Part shown: positions 41,442-54,020 of the stretch, piece by piece
Numbering within the stretch: position 1 is the stretch's first letter
How the letters are laid out: each line of letters starts with the position of its first letter
Source of the DNA: Camelus ferus
Lineage: Eukaryota
Length of the DNA stretch: 64,000 bases
NCBI RefSeq assembly: GCF_009834535.1
Contig: NC_045696.1
Span: 116,996,001 to 117,060,000 of the forward strand
Direction of reading: 5' to 3'
The notes under the pieces: model-generated
The model's input: the letters and a program-made list of their open reading frames with translations, nothing else
Database searches by the model: none
Told to the model about the DNA's origin: nothing
Position numbers and translations under genes: made by a program

Positions 41442-41650
41442 ATCCTGACTGGGAAAGCCTCGCCAAGCCCGGGGCGCAGTGCTGCTGGGAGCGGAGGACC
41501 CCCGGAGCCGGAGTGTACAGAAAACCAGGAAGGGAGGAAGATGTGGAAGGAAAGTTGAGAGCCCAGGGGTAGAAAGACAAACGTCAGCCCAGGTGCCGGA
41601 GCACCCGGAAGGAGAGGAGGCGGGAAGCGAACAGGTGAGTGAGCCACGGC
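41442..41650 (-). other. Candidate first (non-coding) exon of a minus-strand gene
   Basis: Pyrimidine-rich start downstream of the GC-box cluster; donor GAT|gtaggt at 41442/41441; 5' end is a guess. Confidence 0.35.
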
Positions 41651-43299
41651 AAGGGGCACGGGGTCCGCGCCACCTGGAGCTTGGGCGCGGCGGGAGGCGG
41701 GAGCGCCCGCTCCCCACTATGCGGGTAGGGGGTGGAGCAGAGGGTTCCTTGTTTGGATTCTCCCGGCTGGTGGGGCGTTGAGGGGACCCTGAGGGTTTCG
41801 TCACGGCTGCCCAAGGCTCCCAGAGGGCGGGGGTTTGAGGGGGAGGGGCGCATCCCCCTCTCCCCGCCCCCGGTCCCCCGTCCTAGTGATGCACTTCCTG
41901 CGGCCGAGGATTCCCTTTGTGTTGAAATTCAAGAAGATCCGGCCTCCGCGCGCGGCTAGCGGGGCGGGGGCGCGCCCAGCAGGGGAGGGGATTCCAGAGT
42001 GGGCGGCGCGGGGCGGCAGTACCAGGGCCAGGCCTTTGGCTTGGGGTCCCCTGCCTCGCTGCGCTCAGCGCCTGGCCCCAGGGCCGCCTCTGTCCACTCC
42101 CCAGTCCTTCTATCGCCAGCTGGCTGCGCTTGGCGAAAACCAAGCTCACTTGGGTGGTGTCCCCCAAGCGGCGCGCCGAGCCAACTGCGGGTGGCTCCGT
42201 AGGTCTTCTCTCCGGCAGAGCGTAGGGAAGAGAAAGACCAGGGTGTCCCTGCCATTTGGGCGATGCATCAGGTCCTAGAAAACCCAGACTGCTGCAGTCA
42301 GTGTAAAAGCCAAAACAAAACAAACAAAAGCAAAAACAAAAAAAGCCTCCTTTTAAGTTGCTTAAAGTTCATCGTGAAATATATAAAGTGTAAACCATGA
42401 TTCGGGTTCATAAAATTTGCATTGTGTGTGTGTGTATAAACTGATTCCTTTTGGGCTTGATCTATATGGCCAAATGCTTGAAATCACTTGCAAAACAAAA
42501 GCAACAAGAGGGGCTTGAGAATGGCAATCCTCCAAAAGCTTTGGTTTAATGCCAAAAGGAACCCAGCGTATCACTCGCTTAGTCTCACCTCCAGCACCTA
42601 CTCTATGTCAGAGATGACAGAAGCTCTGCCCTGAATGTGCATTCCAGCCCCGGATCCTATTGATCTGTAGTTGGTGAATCACACCACCTCATACATGCTT
42701 TCCCTACCTACAAGAAATTTTTCTTAATGAAGATTCCAGCCATCAGCACTCTGGTCTTTGAGTCCCCTGCCCTTGCCAAGCTCATGATTTAGTCAAGGCC
42801 CTAATGTTCTTCCTAAGTGTTTGTGATGTGGTGGGGCTATACTGCGACACTGAGCCTGACCTTGATGAGATTTAAGCATACTTCAGCATCATTTGGCACT
42901 TTGAAATCAAAGACGCTCAAGAAAGAGGCTCACTGAGAATTGGGAATTTCTGTATTACCTAACCCAACTCTCATTTCATTTCCTTAAGGGAAAAGTTCCC
43001 ACTGTCCCCACTGATCGTCAAAAAGAACTCCAACCCATTTCCCTGAATACCCTTCCATCCTATAGCAATGTGACCTTTCCCTAAGACCTCAATAAGACAA
43101 CACCACGAGGACACGGGATCACCACACAATACACTAAACCCAAGGCCCATTTGATGAGACTCATATTCAGAGAAAAGGAGATCATTTCTTTGATTCTGAA
43201 ATGTAAGAGAAGGCACAAAAATGTTAAACTCACACTAAGGTCCTCTACATTCAGCACTACAGAAGGACTTTCTAGGTAAAAATCAACCTAGGCAAATTT

Positions 43300-43920
43300 C
43301 ACCGATTTACCATGTAACAAACCACCCTAAAACCCACAACAATAATATTTTATTTTGCTCATAGATCTGCCAATACGGCTCACTGGCATGGGTGGCAATT
43401 TGGTGCTGGCTGTTGGCTGCGAGCTTGTCCAGCTTTGGGGCTTTGGGGCTTCAGTTCTTCATGCGAATCTCTCCATCGACTACTGGGGCTTCCTTACAGC
43501 ATGGTGGCTGGGTTTCAAGAATGTGTATCCCAAGAGATGGGAATTAGGAGCTACCAGTTTCTTTTTTTTCCTTTAATTTTTAAAAATTTTTAAATTGAAG
43601 TACAGTCAGTTTATAATGTTGTGTTGATTTCTCATGTACAGCATAGTGATTCATATATACATATATACGTGTGTGTGTGTATATATATTTCCTTCTCATA
43701 TTCTTTTTCCTTATAGATTACTACAAGATATTGAATGTAGTTCCCTGGCTATGCAGTAGAAAATTGTCGCTTATCTATTTTATATATAGTAATTAGTATC
43801 TGCTTGGAATCTAAAAAAAGACACAAATGGACTTATTTATCAACTAGGAACAGGCTCACAGGAGCTACCAGTTTCTTAAGGCCTGGTCTAGAAACTGACA
43901 GAACACCACCGGTTCAGAGC
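43300..43920 (-). mobile_element. MaLR LTR (MLT1F/G-like) interrupted by an L1
   Basis: gtaacaaaccaccctaaaac, tttattttgctcatagatctgc, gggcttccttacagcatggtggctgggtttcaaga; resumes after the L1 as ttcttaaggcctggtctagaaactg. Confidence 0.8.
43564..43859 (-). mobile_element. Short lineage-specific L1 with 5' inversion and 18-bp TSD
   Basis: TSD aggagctaccagtttctt at 43546-43563 and 43860-43877; 43564-43804 is antisense 3' UTR and 43805-43859 is the same family in the opposite orientation. Confidence 0.9.
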
Positions 43921-44904
43921 CTGTATTCAGTGAGAGAGAGCATAAGTCCATGTGTTAAAATCTCCATCAATTTCTTAACATTTGAAGTTTCAAAGGAGGT
44001 TGCCTTATAATAGCATTCCCAAATTTGATTTTAAAAAATCTGTTTTCACCTCTTCTACGTATTTCCATAAGAGTTTAGAATTTATGGGTACAGGATCTTG
44101 TCTCAAGTCAGTAAATCTTTACAGGGAAACTGTTAAGACACAAGTGAGAAATATACATGAAAATCACTTGAGAACTAAAGCCACGTATAAATGGAAATTG
44201 TCATTATTTGCTTTACTGTTGATTCTTCCCTGTTGGGGGAGGTCATGGAGAGGGCTTGACCCGAGCTGACCTGCAAGCAGACCTGGGTGATCAGAGGCTC
44301 CTCATCCCTACTTCCCTCCCCCAACACACACGCACGCACGCACGCGCTCATGGACACAGCTGGAGACAGTTTTCAAGGACTCAGAATTGCTTGCTAGAGC
44401 TCTCTGTGTTGAGACCATTGGGACTGAACCCCGTTAAGTGTACTCATTTGTGTAAACATTTAGGGTTCTGGCAGGTGAATGTGAAGTTCTACGCATCCTG
44501 CAGTCGCTCAAGGTAAGCCCCCTATATAAGCTCTCTTGTTTATTACACCTGCCACCCACCCATCTGGAGGGGTCTGGTCTCTCCTTGCCCTCCGAATATA
44601 AGGGCCAGTTGCAGACTTCACTCCGGGAGCGCCTGAGGTTTTGAGCCAATGTCTCCCCTATACCTTATGCTGTCTTTTCAGTCTGGATGAGAGTGAGAAG
44701 GGCTTTAGAAACCCCCAAATCTGTTTCATGGTTTTAGGTTTTCTTCCTGTCCATTGTCTAACTACAACATTGATCCAATACCAAGGTGCAAACAAATGCT
44801 TCCTATGTGTTCATGCCTTTGGCTGTAGGCTTTGAAGATATTTTTAAACGTTTTCTGTCAACAAGAACTTTAGCCCTCAGGAAAAATAACTATTTTAATT
44901 TATA

Positions 44905-45120
44905 GCCTGGTGTAAAAGAGCAGCTACTCGGAAATGTCTAGATTTGTCTCTACCACTTACCTGCTGTGTAACGTTGATGTGACCTTGGGCAAGTCACTGA
45001 ACCTTCGTGAGATTCCATTTCCTCCCCTGTAAAACAGGGGTGATACTTTCTCTGGCTACTTCACTGAGTAGAAGAAAATATTTGTGAAAAATATTTGAAA
45101 CCTGTAATGCAGCATATGAT
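44905..45120 (+). mobile_element. MIR SINE
   Basis: tctaccacttacctgctgtgt...gtgaccttgggcaagtcactgaacctt...tttcctcccctgtaaaacagggg. Confidence 0.85.
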
Positions 45121-45399
45121 ATAAAAGATTATATAATCAGCAATTTCTCTCTCTTTTTGGGTATTCTAACACACTGAATTCAAAGTTCTTTATGCACAAT
45201 AAATATTGTTGACTGCTACAATATATGGTCTTATTAACTCAGGATACAACCATGTATTAGTAGCCTGTCACCACTTATGGCTTCTGAGCATTTCCTTCTA
45301 AGTATAAATGGCTTTAGAAGCTCAGAAGGAAAATCAGTGCTTTCGAATTGTCCTTTCTGTTGTCCAATCAAACTGGATTCTGAAACATGGACATTTTCA

Positions 45400-46570
45400 A
45401 TTCATGTATCCCTGATTTTTTTTTCTGCATTTGACTCTGTTAATTAATCTCTTCTTAAAACTCTCTGTAAGTTTCTAAGATAGCAAAGTTTCTTATCTTG
45501 GACAAAGAGACCCTTACCTATTAAATATTCAGTTTACTTCAAAATATCCTTTTCCTTCAGCCATTCTTCATATTCTAGTGTTCTCCGAGATTCCATAAAC
45601 TGGGCCACTGCACTTCTACGTCTCGATTATTGTCATATCTTAAATATCTCCTCTGTGAGAACAATTTCCATCATTTTGTCTGAAGCCCAGGCCTCTCCTC
45701 TGAGCTTCTGACAGACAGTATCCAACTGTGGGCTCTACATCACCCCTTGAATATTCTTCCACTTGAAGTTTCATACTTACCATCAAGTAATGTATATGAG
45801 AATCCAGGGAGTCATCCTTCTTAGATCTTACTCCCAGTGTTCATCAGATCCTTAAGTCCTTATTTTATCTCCTAACAATATTCTGAGTCCCTAATTCCTC
45901 CAACCAATTGGTGTCCTAATTTGAGCCTTAACCATGCCTTGTGTGAACCCCTGCAGTGCTTTCCCGACCTCAAGTTTTTTCTTCCTGAAGCCATTCTCCA
46001 CCCTGCAGCTGGCACGATCTCATTAGAAGGGAAATGTGAGCTTGTCCCTCCTCGCACTGCCAATGGGGCAAAGTCAAAGGTCTATGTCTGAGCTCAGCTC
46101 ATCTCTCAAAACACACTTCTCGTCTTCAAATTTTATGCTCAAGGAAGTTTCCAGAATAGAGCATGCCCTTCTAGAGACCATGTCTTTGAGCATAGCATCC
46201 TCACCTCCTGGGAAGCGCATCCCAAACTCCTGGAGCATGACCACTACCCACATACCCACTTTCTACCCCAGTTTAACTTGGACGCCCCGTCAAAAGGGAG
46301 CCATGTTGCTCTCCTAACAGATGTGTATCAGTGGTTGAAGATGATCTGACTTAGTTTTACCTGTGTGGTTCTGAGTAACTTACTTATCTTTTCTGAGTCT
46401 CACAGGAATGATAATAACATACATTTCATAGGGCAACTGTGAGGGATAAATAAGATGACATAACAAAGTGATCATGGCACCCTCTCTACTGCTTGTTCCC
46501 CATTGCATTCCCCATGAATGACATGGTCTCTGGGACACTGCACACACAGATACGTTTGTTGAAAGGATAA
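45400..46570 (+). mobile_element. L2 fragments with an internal MIR at about 46340-46480
   Basis: cccaggcctctcctctgagcttctgac...tatccaactg, agggagtcatcctt, ccattctccaccctgcagc; MIR part acttatcttttctgagtctca...gtgagggataaataagatga. Confidence 0.7.
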
Positions 46571-49500
46571 AGGTTAGTTATCATAATTATTACCTCAATC
46601 ACTTCACCAGTACATGGCTTGATATTTATTGAGCTCCCTCTGACACCACACATGGAGCTTTGTAAGGTTTGTTATCTTCAGATTGTCTTACCCCATCGTT
46701 TATTTAATGGCACACATGACATATTTTTAAATGTTTAATAAATTTATAAATGAGTGGATGAGTGAAATTATTCTATAGCAGGTCCCCCTCTGCACTGAGT
46801 GTCAACACTGACCTCATGGCTCTTTCATTACAATTGCCTTCGCTCTCCGATCTCGTGCCCTTTCCCCAGCCAACTGGTGTCCTGAGTGTAGGTGTGTGTG
46901 CATGGATGCGGGTGATCACTTTTGATTTGTTGATTTATAAATCACACAAATTTGAACCTAAAAGAATATCCTGAGTGCTTTCTCCAGTATTGCTGGAGTG
47001 ATCATTTACAGTATATAAAAATGAAGGGTAGGATTGGTTGAGGATCCAAACTTCTCTGTTCAAATTATTGAACAGGCTTTTTTATAAACATGTCTGTTCC
47101 TTAAGTCACAGACATTTCAAGCTGTGGTATATTTCATAAATCTATAACCAGTCACTACAAATTCAGGGCAAGCTCCCATGACCCTGTCCTGCCTTAGGGC
47201 CTCCGTTTCCCTATGACATACGTATTTTAAAAAAATAAGAGCGTTCCATTGCTTGGATGCCTGTTAAACTGAAGGGACTATGCATATTCACAGATGGGTG
47301 GATATCTGTGAAATATGAAGTGATATAATTCCTGTTTAATAAAATAAACTTATTCGTAAAGTATTATCTTCCTACTTCTTAAACTATTTCAAGACAGTTG
47401 ACAGTTAGAACACATAGGAGGTTGTTCATATAAACTAGTATGAATGGTGAGATAAGAACAGTTTTTATTTCTTTCTAGTCTGACATGTTTTCCAGATTTT
47501 CCAAAATAAATATTAATTTGTAATAAAGTCCAAAGTACACTGAAAAAAAAAAAAAAACAGGAGCAATCAGAAATTATATAAAGGAAGGGGCAGTTTATTA
47601 GACAAGGAATGTGGTGTTCTCGTCTGAGCATTAAATTAAGCTCTGACTTAAGTAGAGGCCAAACCATGGCCTGGTGACCATAAGCATCAAGCATTTGGGT
47701 GAGATCAAACTCTTCGTTGGAATTAAACTACAAGAAAAACTGTCGCTTGGTTTTACTGAAATAGCAAAATATTGAGCATCAAAAACCCAAGTTTCACTCC
47801 AAGCTTATTTCCATCGAATGTGTGACTTTGAACGAATCATTTACTATCTCTGGGACTCACAAAGAGAGAGAGAAAGAAGCAAGAGTAGCTTCAGCTCTCC
47901 GTGTTCAGGCAGACAATGTCAAAATAACATTAGGAGGCATCTCTCTACACTTGGAAGTTGAACCCCAGCAACAATCCTTGCTGCCCCTGTGAACCTGAAA
48001 GTAAAACTGTATCCTTTCGCTCACATACAGATAAAGACAATTCAGAGTCTAGCCTAGTGCACTGAAGATAAAAAAGAGTGACTCTTCCATCCCCCTTCTC
48101 TTCCCTAGATTCTATCCTGATTTCCATTTTTAGACTTTCACACAAGAAAAAAAAAAAAATATATATATATATATATAAAGTCGGTCTTTTTCAAGTCTCC
48201 TGCTGCTCCTTTGTATGTTTTTAAACCCAATGTTTTAGCAGAGGATGAGAATAGATGCTTGGTGCTGATGTAAATGGCAATGCCGTCATCACTCAGCTAA
48301 CGGAAAACAGAAATAAAAGAGGAGGGAGGGGTTGAGCAGTTCTAAGTGCCGATGAAGCAGACGTTTAAAAATTATAAGTTCCTGGTGGTCAGACACCATG
48401 CTGTTCATTTCTTTTTTAATCTCATGGTGCTGGCTCAGTATCTCTCTTTTCTGAATTGTAGTAGCACTATTCAAATTCTTTATTTGGTAAAATGTCTCAT
48501 AAAATATTGAGACAGGTCTTCTTTTGATGTCTTGATTTCTTTTCTTTAACGTTTAGTTTTATTACCTTTTAAAGTCTGCATACTTTGGGTCTTCCACTAA
48601 ATCAGAGATGTCTTAGGGGTCTGCGTTGTATTTTAAATGCTTTGTATCTTGCATGGTCCCTAGCTTGAATTTTTGATTTCTGTAGGTTTTCAACAGAGAC
48701 TCATGTCCTCTGAATAGAGATGGTTATTTACTCAATGTGGATTGATTTAAGGAACTGAACTATGGCTGCCATGTTGCCAACCTCATTCTCCAACTTCATT
48801 AGAAACCCTTGAACTGCAGATGCTCCGCAGGTGCATTTTTATTACTTTCCCAACATCTATTTTCCCTTCTTTCTTTCTGTAACCTAGCTCTCATCTTCTT
48901 CCAGAATCAGCTGAAAAATTCACCTTCACCAGAAGATTTCCAACATTAATTCTTTCTCATGTTGGCCATCACTTTAACTTTCAAGGTTCAGTTTTTTTCT
49001 TTTGCTGCTGCCCAGTTTGAAAATGTTTGTCCTGTGATTCTACTCTACACATTTGGCTCCTAAATAGACTGTACGGAACAATGTTGAGTAATTTCTGTCT
49101 TTCTTCTTGTGGAATGTGCACTGACTGGCACATGGCGGTAGGTCAGTAAATGCTAGTTCCTTCCCTTTATAGCAGCCTCAAGACTGCAAGCAGTCAAAAC
49201 ATATTTTAAAATCACATACCTGAAGCTATTTCTGGTGGCGAGCTTGGCACTTAGGGACATGGCGTTTGTTAATTCAAAATGGAGCACAGAAAGGTGACAA
49301 GAAATTCAGTACATTTCTGTATCCTAGGATAGAAAAACTGGAGAAGATGTTAGAGATCGAGCAATCACTCTAGCCGAGGAGAGCGGTACACTAAGAAAGG
49401 CTCCAACGTTTCCAAGGTCAGACAGCCCATTCAAGAGAGGACACTTAAATCTAAATGGTCTCAGCAGAGGGCCTTTGTGACTCTTCCTTGGTACCTCTGC

Positions 49501-52500
49501 TTTTTCCTGGATCAATATTTTCTCAGACTCTTAAGGTAGTTGCCTTTATGCTCCATCCCTAACGGGTGGCTGTGGAGATGAACCTCCTCCTTCCCTTTGG
49601 AGTTGGAAGTCTTCTGATAAAATATTCATGGCATTCATCTTTTTGTAGATCACCTTTAAAGCTTCTTGGAGCCTATGTACATCTGATGACTCATGGTGTG
49701 TGGTAAAAGTTATTTCTAAAGCCACAGGATAAACAAGGCACTTCTTCCAGAAACTATTTTCATCTCAAAGTGCAACTATAGATTTCTTTTTTGATAAAGG
49801 GAGTTTTAAAACATTCCAAAGTTGTGGCTGCTACATCAAGTTATCCTCCTGGGAATAGGCACTGAGGCTGTCTTGAAGTTAGCAGAACTCAAGAAGAAAA
49901 ATCGACGTAGAGACTGTACCAAAACCAGTGAGTCGCAACACAGCCACCATGTCAGTTCACAAAACTGTCTTTAATTGTTGTATAACTTGTAGTCCAACCT
50001 TGACTTTCTGTCAGTCTTATACTTTGAGTTGCCTACTGTTTTAGCAAAGTACTGAGTGCAGTGCAGAGCTGGTGCCTAATAAATGTGGAATACATATTAA
50101 GGATGACAAATAGTTACTGAGACTGTTTGTAGAGGTGGAGGATGTGCAGTTTCTGCCTCAGGAAATCTGAAGACCCAGATATGCCACACTAGGTATCACA
50201 GGAGTTGAGATGGTGCAGTGCTTTGAGGGTATTTTAAATTCTTATAATTATTAGGAAAAAACACAACATTCCAGGCTACTTTAAGGAATAATTTCATTTT
50301 AAGTTGCTGATATGAAAGAAAATAGATGGAAAGTTCCATAAAACCTGTTATGCATATGAATTTTAATAAGAACAAGATTTAGAAGCTCAATAAATTTTAC
50401 ATGCACATGAATTGATCATTTTGCTACACAATGACCTGATCCTATATGCTGTCTTAATTATTCTGAGAGACACACATCTAAAAAACTCTCATTACATTAA
50501 AGAAAAACAATCATGTTTAAATTTTAATTAAAAGGAAAAAATGAAAAACTTTAAAAAATGAAGTGTCTGGAATAATGAAGTTATTAGAATTTAAAATCTA
50601 TACACTGTAGCTTTCATATTTTTAACCAAAAAAAAAAAAAAAAAAGTCGACACTTCCACATTGTAAAAGAAAAGCTATGGAAAGACTGTTTTCCAAAAAC
50701 AAACACTATCAGTGTTTTACAGAGTATAATCGGTTGTTAACTTTTCATTCCCTTCTTTTAGCTGATACTGTCATGTGACCATCACAATGTTTTGGGGGGG
50801 AGAAGAAGTGGGAAGTTACATCTAGAGAAACAAAGTATAAAAAAAAAAATCACTGGAAATGCTAAGATACATTTGAATGGGTTAGAACTTCAATGGCTTA
50901 TTCTTGTTAAAAATGCAGACCGGTATCACAGCCACAAAATGGTTAGTCACAAAATGATTCAAAACAGAAGTCATTCACAAGGCGGCTCAGGGACCGTGGA
51001 GGTTGTGACTGCCCCGCTGAAGAGTGAGGGAGTGAATGAATGAATGAAGTCAAGTGCCCACCGATCAAGGGGCAGGGGCTTGACTCCGTGTGCTGTTTCT
51101 GAACAGTGGGGTGCACAAGTGTTGACTGATTTGAATTTTCGAAAGGAAGAACATTTTTATGGATCAACAAGCCCACGCTGTGGCTCCCTCATATCAACTT
51201 CAAATTTCAACAAATACTTCCCTAAATAGCATTTTTAAAGCTTACTCATTCTTCATTGCCAAAGGCAACAAAACAGGAACATCTAGCCGTTTTAATTGCT
51301 TTTAAATGCTTATGTAAGCACATGTGGCAGAATTTGGGGGAGTAACTAACATTACCTCTATTGCCTCTTTTTTGTTAAAAGGATTAGATCTTTTGAAAAG
51401 TTTACTTTCTTTTAAAAAATGTATACTATATTGTTATAGTCAGAGGATAAACTGTAACCCATCATATTGATGGCATTCAGGGAAAATGAGAAATTCTATT
51501 GTAAACTAGATGGTCAAGGTTAATAATTACAGTGAAAATCTGTCTTTTCCAGTTACAAAAGTTCATGTTTTATTTTATAGTTTCCTGAGACATAGTTTAA
51601 GCAAGCCGAAAATTTGGAGGCTTCTGTGGATTATAAATTCACAAAATTTGAAAGCAGAGCTTGACTTACCAATTGGCCTCTTTCTGCATAATTACACTAA
51701 TGTGGATAATGGTTCCATTCTCTTAAAGCCTATGTTAGTAATGATTGGGATGCGTGTTTCAGAAAGTAAATGGAGGAAAAAAGGGCACTCTTCACACAGA
51801 AACATAACTAACAAAACAGTCAACTTGGCGCAAGAAAACTTGAGCCCTGATCTTGAGTGTAAGACCCATAAGCCATGTTATAAGGACTCAGAATTTTCAT
51901 TTCTCACCTACAAGTGGAACTTACTGACTAGATAAGATGTTGCTCATTTTTCTGTGGAAATCTCCCTAAAAGACCTAGTAGTTTACAGGCCTCCAGTATT
52001 TCTCAGATTAGGACACTATAGGTTGTTGGTGGGATGATTTTAGATTGTACCAAAATGAATTAGTTTATATCTATTATAAAAATACACATTAGAAAAAAAT
52101 TTCCCATTTCTGCCGTGTTTAAAATACTGTTTAATATTTATTTTCCTGAAATGATTTATGTTTGGAAAAAGATTATATAAAATGTTAAATATTTAATGCT
52201 ACAGGTGATAATAAAATAAATGAATTAATAAAATATTTAATACATAATAGTACAGATGATAATAAAGTAATATGTATATATCCATATAGATCCATATACA
52301 ATACTATATATATATATATGAAGCCTGATTATTGGGGAATAAATGCTGCCTAGACTCTGTGCAAACCCCAATTTGAGCAATAGTGGGCCACATGTATTTG
52401 AAATTCCTTCCCATTTTAAAATACACGCCTTTAATAAAAGTGAACCACAGTGACTTCTTACTAGATGGCAAAAAAGAGACAACACAGAAAGTATCCTAAG

Positions 52501-52719
52501 TATAAATTTTGGGAACCCTAAGCTAAGTTTTTTTTTTTTTTTCCAAAATGTAGTTCTTTGTGTTTTGGGGAGTTCCTTCACATGAGTTATGCAAGGGCAT
52601 TTGGATCTTAATTATTCAGAGGCTTTTAAACGGAAGCTGTGATATGAATGTGGACCATCACCCATGACCCCTCCAAAGAGATTACCGAGTCAATTCCATA
52701 TGGTACAGATGCAAGGACA

Positions 52720-54020
52720 GACATATAAACCAAAGCAACAAAACAGAGACTTCAGAACAGATCCATTTATGTAGGATTGATTGAATTTCAGTAAAGATAC
52801 CAAAGCATTTCTGTGGGGAAAGTAGAGTCTCTTTAGTTAACAATACAGAAACAATTAGATATTCTTTTGAGGGGGAAATGAACCTTGACCCTTAACTCAC
52901 ACTATACAGAAAAATTAATGCAAAATGCACCATAGATCTAAATGTAAGAGCTAACTCTACAACATTTCTAGAGGACAATAAGAAGAAAATCTTTGTTAAC
53001 TTGGGGTTAAAAAAAAGACAGGTTACAAAAAGCACTAACCAGGTAACAAAAGTTGTATAAAAAAAGTTGGAAAAAAGAAACTGCTTTTTGAAAGACATTA
53101 TTAGGAAAAGGAAAAGAAAAGCCACTGACTGGGAAAAAAATTCACAATACATATATCTGGTAGAGAGAAGTGTCCAGCAAACCAAAAACTCTTATGATTC
53201 AATAATAAGACAAATAACCCAATTTTTAAAAAGATGGGTAAAATATCTGGAGAGATACTTCACAAAATTGGGTATACAAATGGCTTATATACACGGAAAG
53301 ACGTACGTCGTTAGTCATTGAGGACATGCAAATTAAAAAATGATAAGATACCACTACACACTCAAAGAATGACTAAATTTTCTGAAAAAACTGACACTTT
53401 CACATGTTGGCAAGAAGTGGGGCAAATGACAGTCTCATACGTGCTAGTCAGAATGAGTATGCTCTTTGGAAATCAGTTTTGCAGTAGAGTTCAAGTTATG
53501 CATAGACTCACTACAGGATACATCAATTCCACCCCTAGGTATTTATTCAATAGAAAAATTCTAAACTAGGCAAAATCAATCCACAGTGACAGAAAGCAGA
53601 TCGAATGACTGTTCAAGGCCAGAGGATAGAGGGGATTGACTAGAACAAGAAGGCATTTCTGAGGTGATAGAAATCTCCCGTCTTCATTGGGATGTTAGTT
53701 ATACACACACATACACATTGTTGAAGCTCATTGACTCATATCCTATGAAAGGGCTGCATTTTGGTGTTAACTTTAATAGAGCTGATGTTAAAAACTATGA
53801 AATCAGAATAATGCCTGCTTATGGGGGAGGATTAACTTAAAATGGGCAGAAGGGAACTTTCTGGAATGATCAAAATATTCTGTATCTTGATTGGAGTGGT
53901 GGTCTCTCTGCTGTACACATTTGTCAAAACTTATCAAACTTAAAGTATTTATTTGAACCTTAAAGTATTTATTTTAGTTTATAAAAATCATTCGTCAATT
54001 ACATAAAATGTTACCTCAAA
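52720..54020 (+). mobile_element. Old L1 (L1MC/MD-like) ORF2 C-terminus and 3' UTR pieces
   Basis: catagatctaaatgtaagagcta, KRKRKATDWEK peptide in the ORF track, gagatacttcacaaaa, tgtatcttgattggagtggtggt...acacatttgtcaaaactt. Confidence 0.85.

Larger units (their letters stand above)
40120..42270. promoter_or_regulatory. CpG island promoter in two GC-rich lobes (about 40.2-41.0 and 41.3-42.25 kb)
   Basis: Abrupt rise in GC and CpG density against an AT-rich, CpG-depleted background; GC boxes at 41825, 41862 and 41961; ETS-type ccggaag at 41605; CRE half-site acgtca at 41581; no recognisable repeats. Confidence 0.92.

Noticed and set aside
1..41650. Naming the host gene (USP53 was considered because of its multi-exon 5' UTR)
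   Set aside because: I did not find its N-terminal coding sequence or any other recognisable coding exon, so no symbol can be supported
40132..42323. Many long overlapping ORFs (up to 253 aa) in the CpG island
   Set aside because: Pro/Gly/Arg/Ala-rich, open on both strands in several frames, no recognisable domain; expected from stop-codon scarcity in GC-rich DNA
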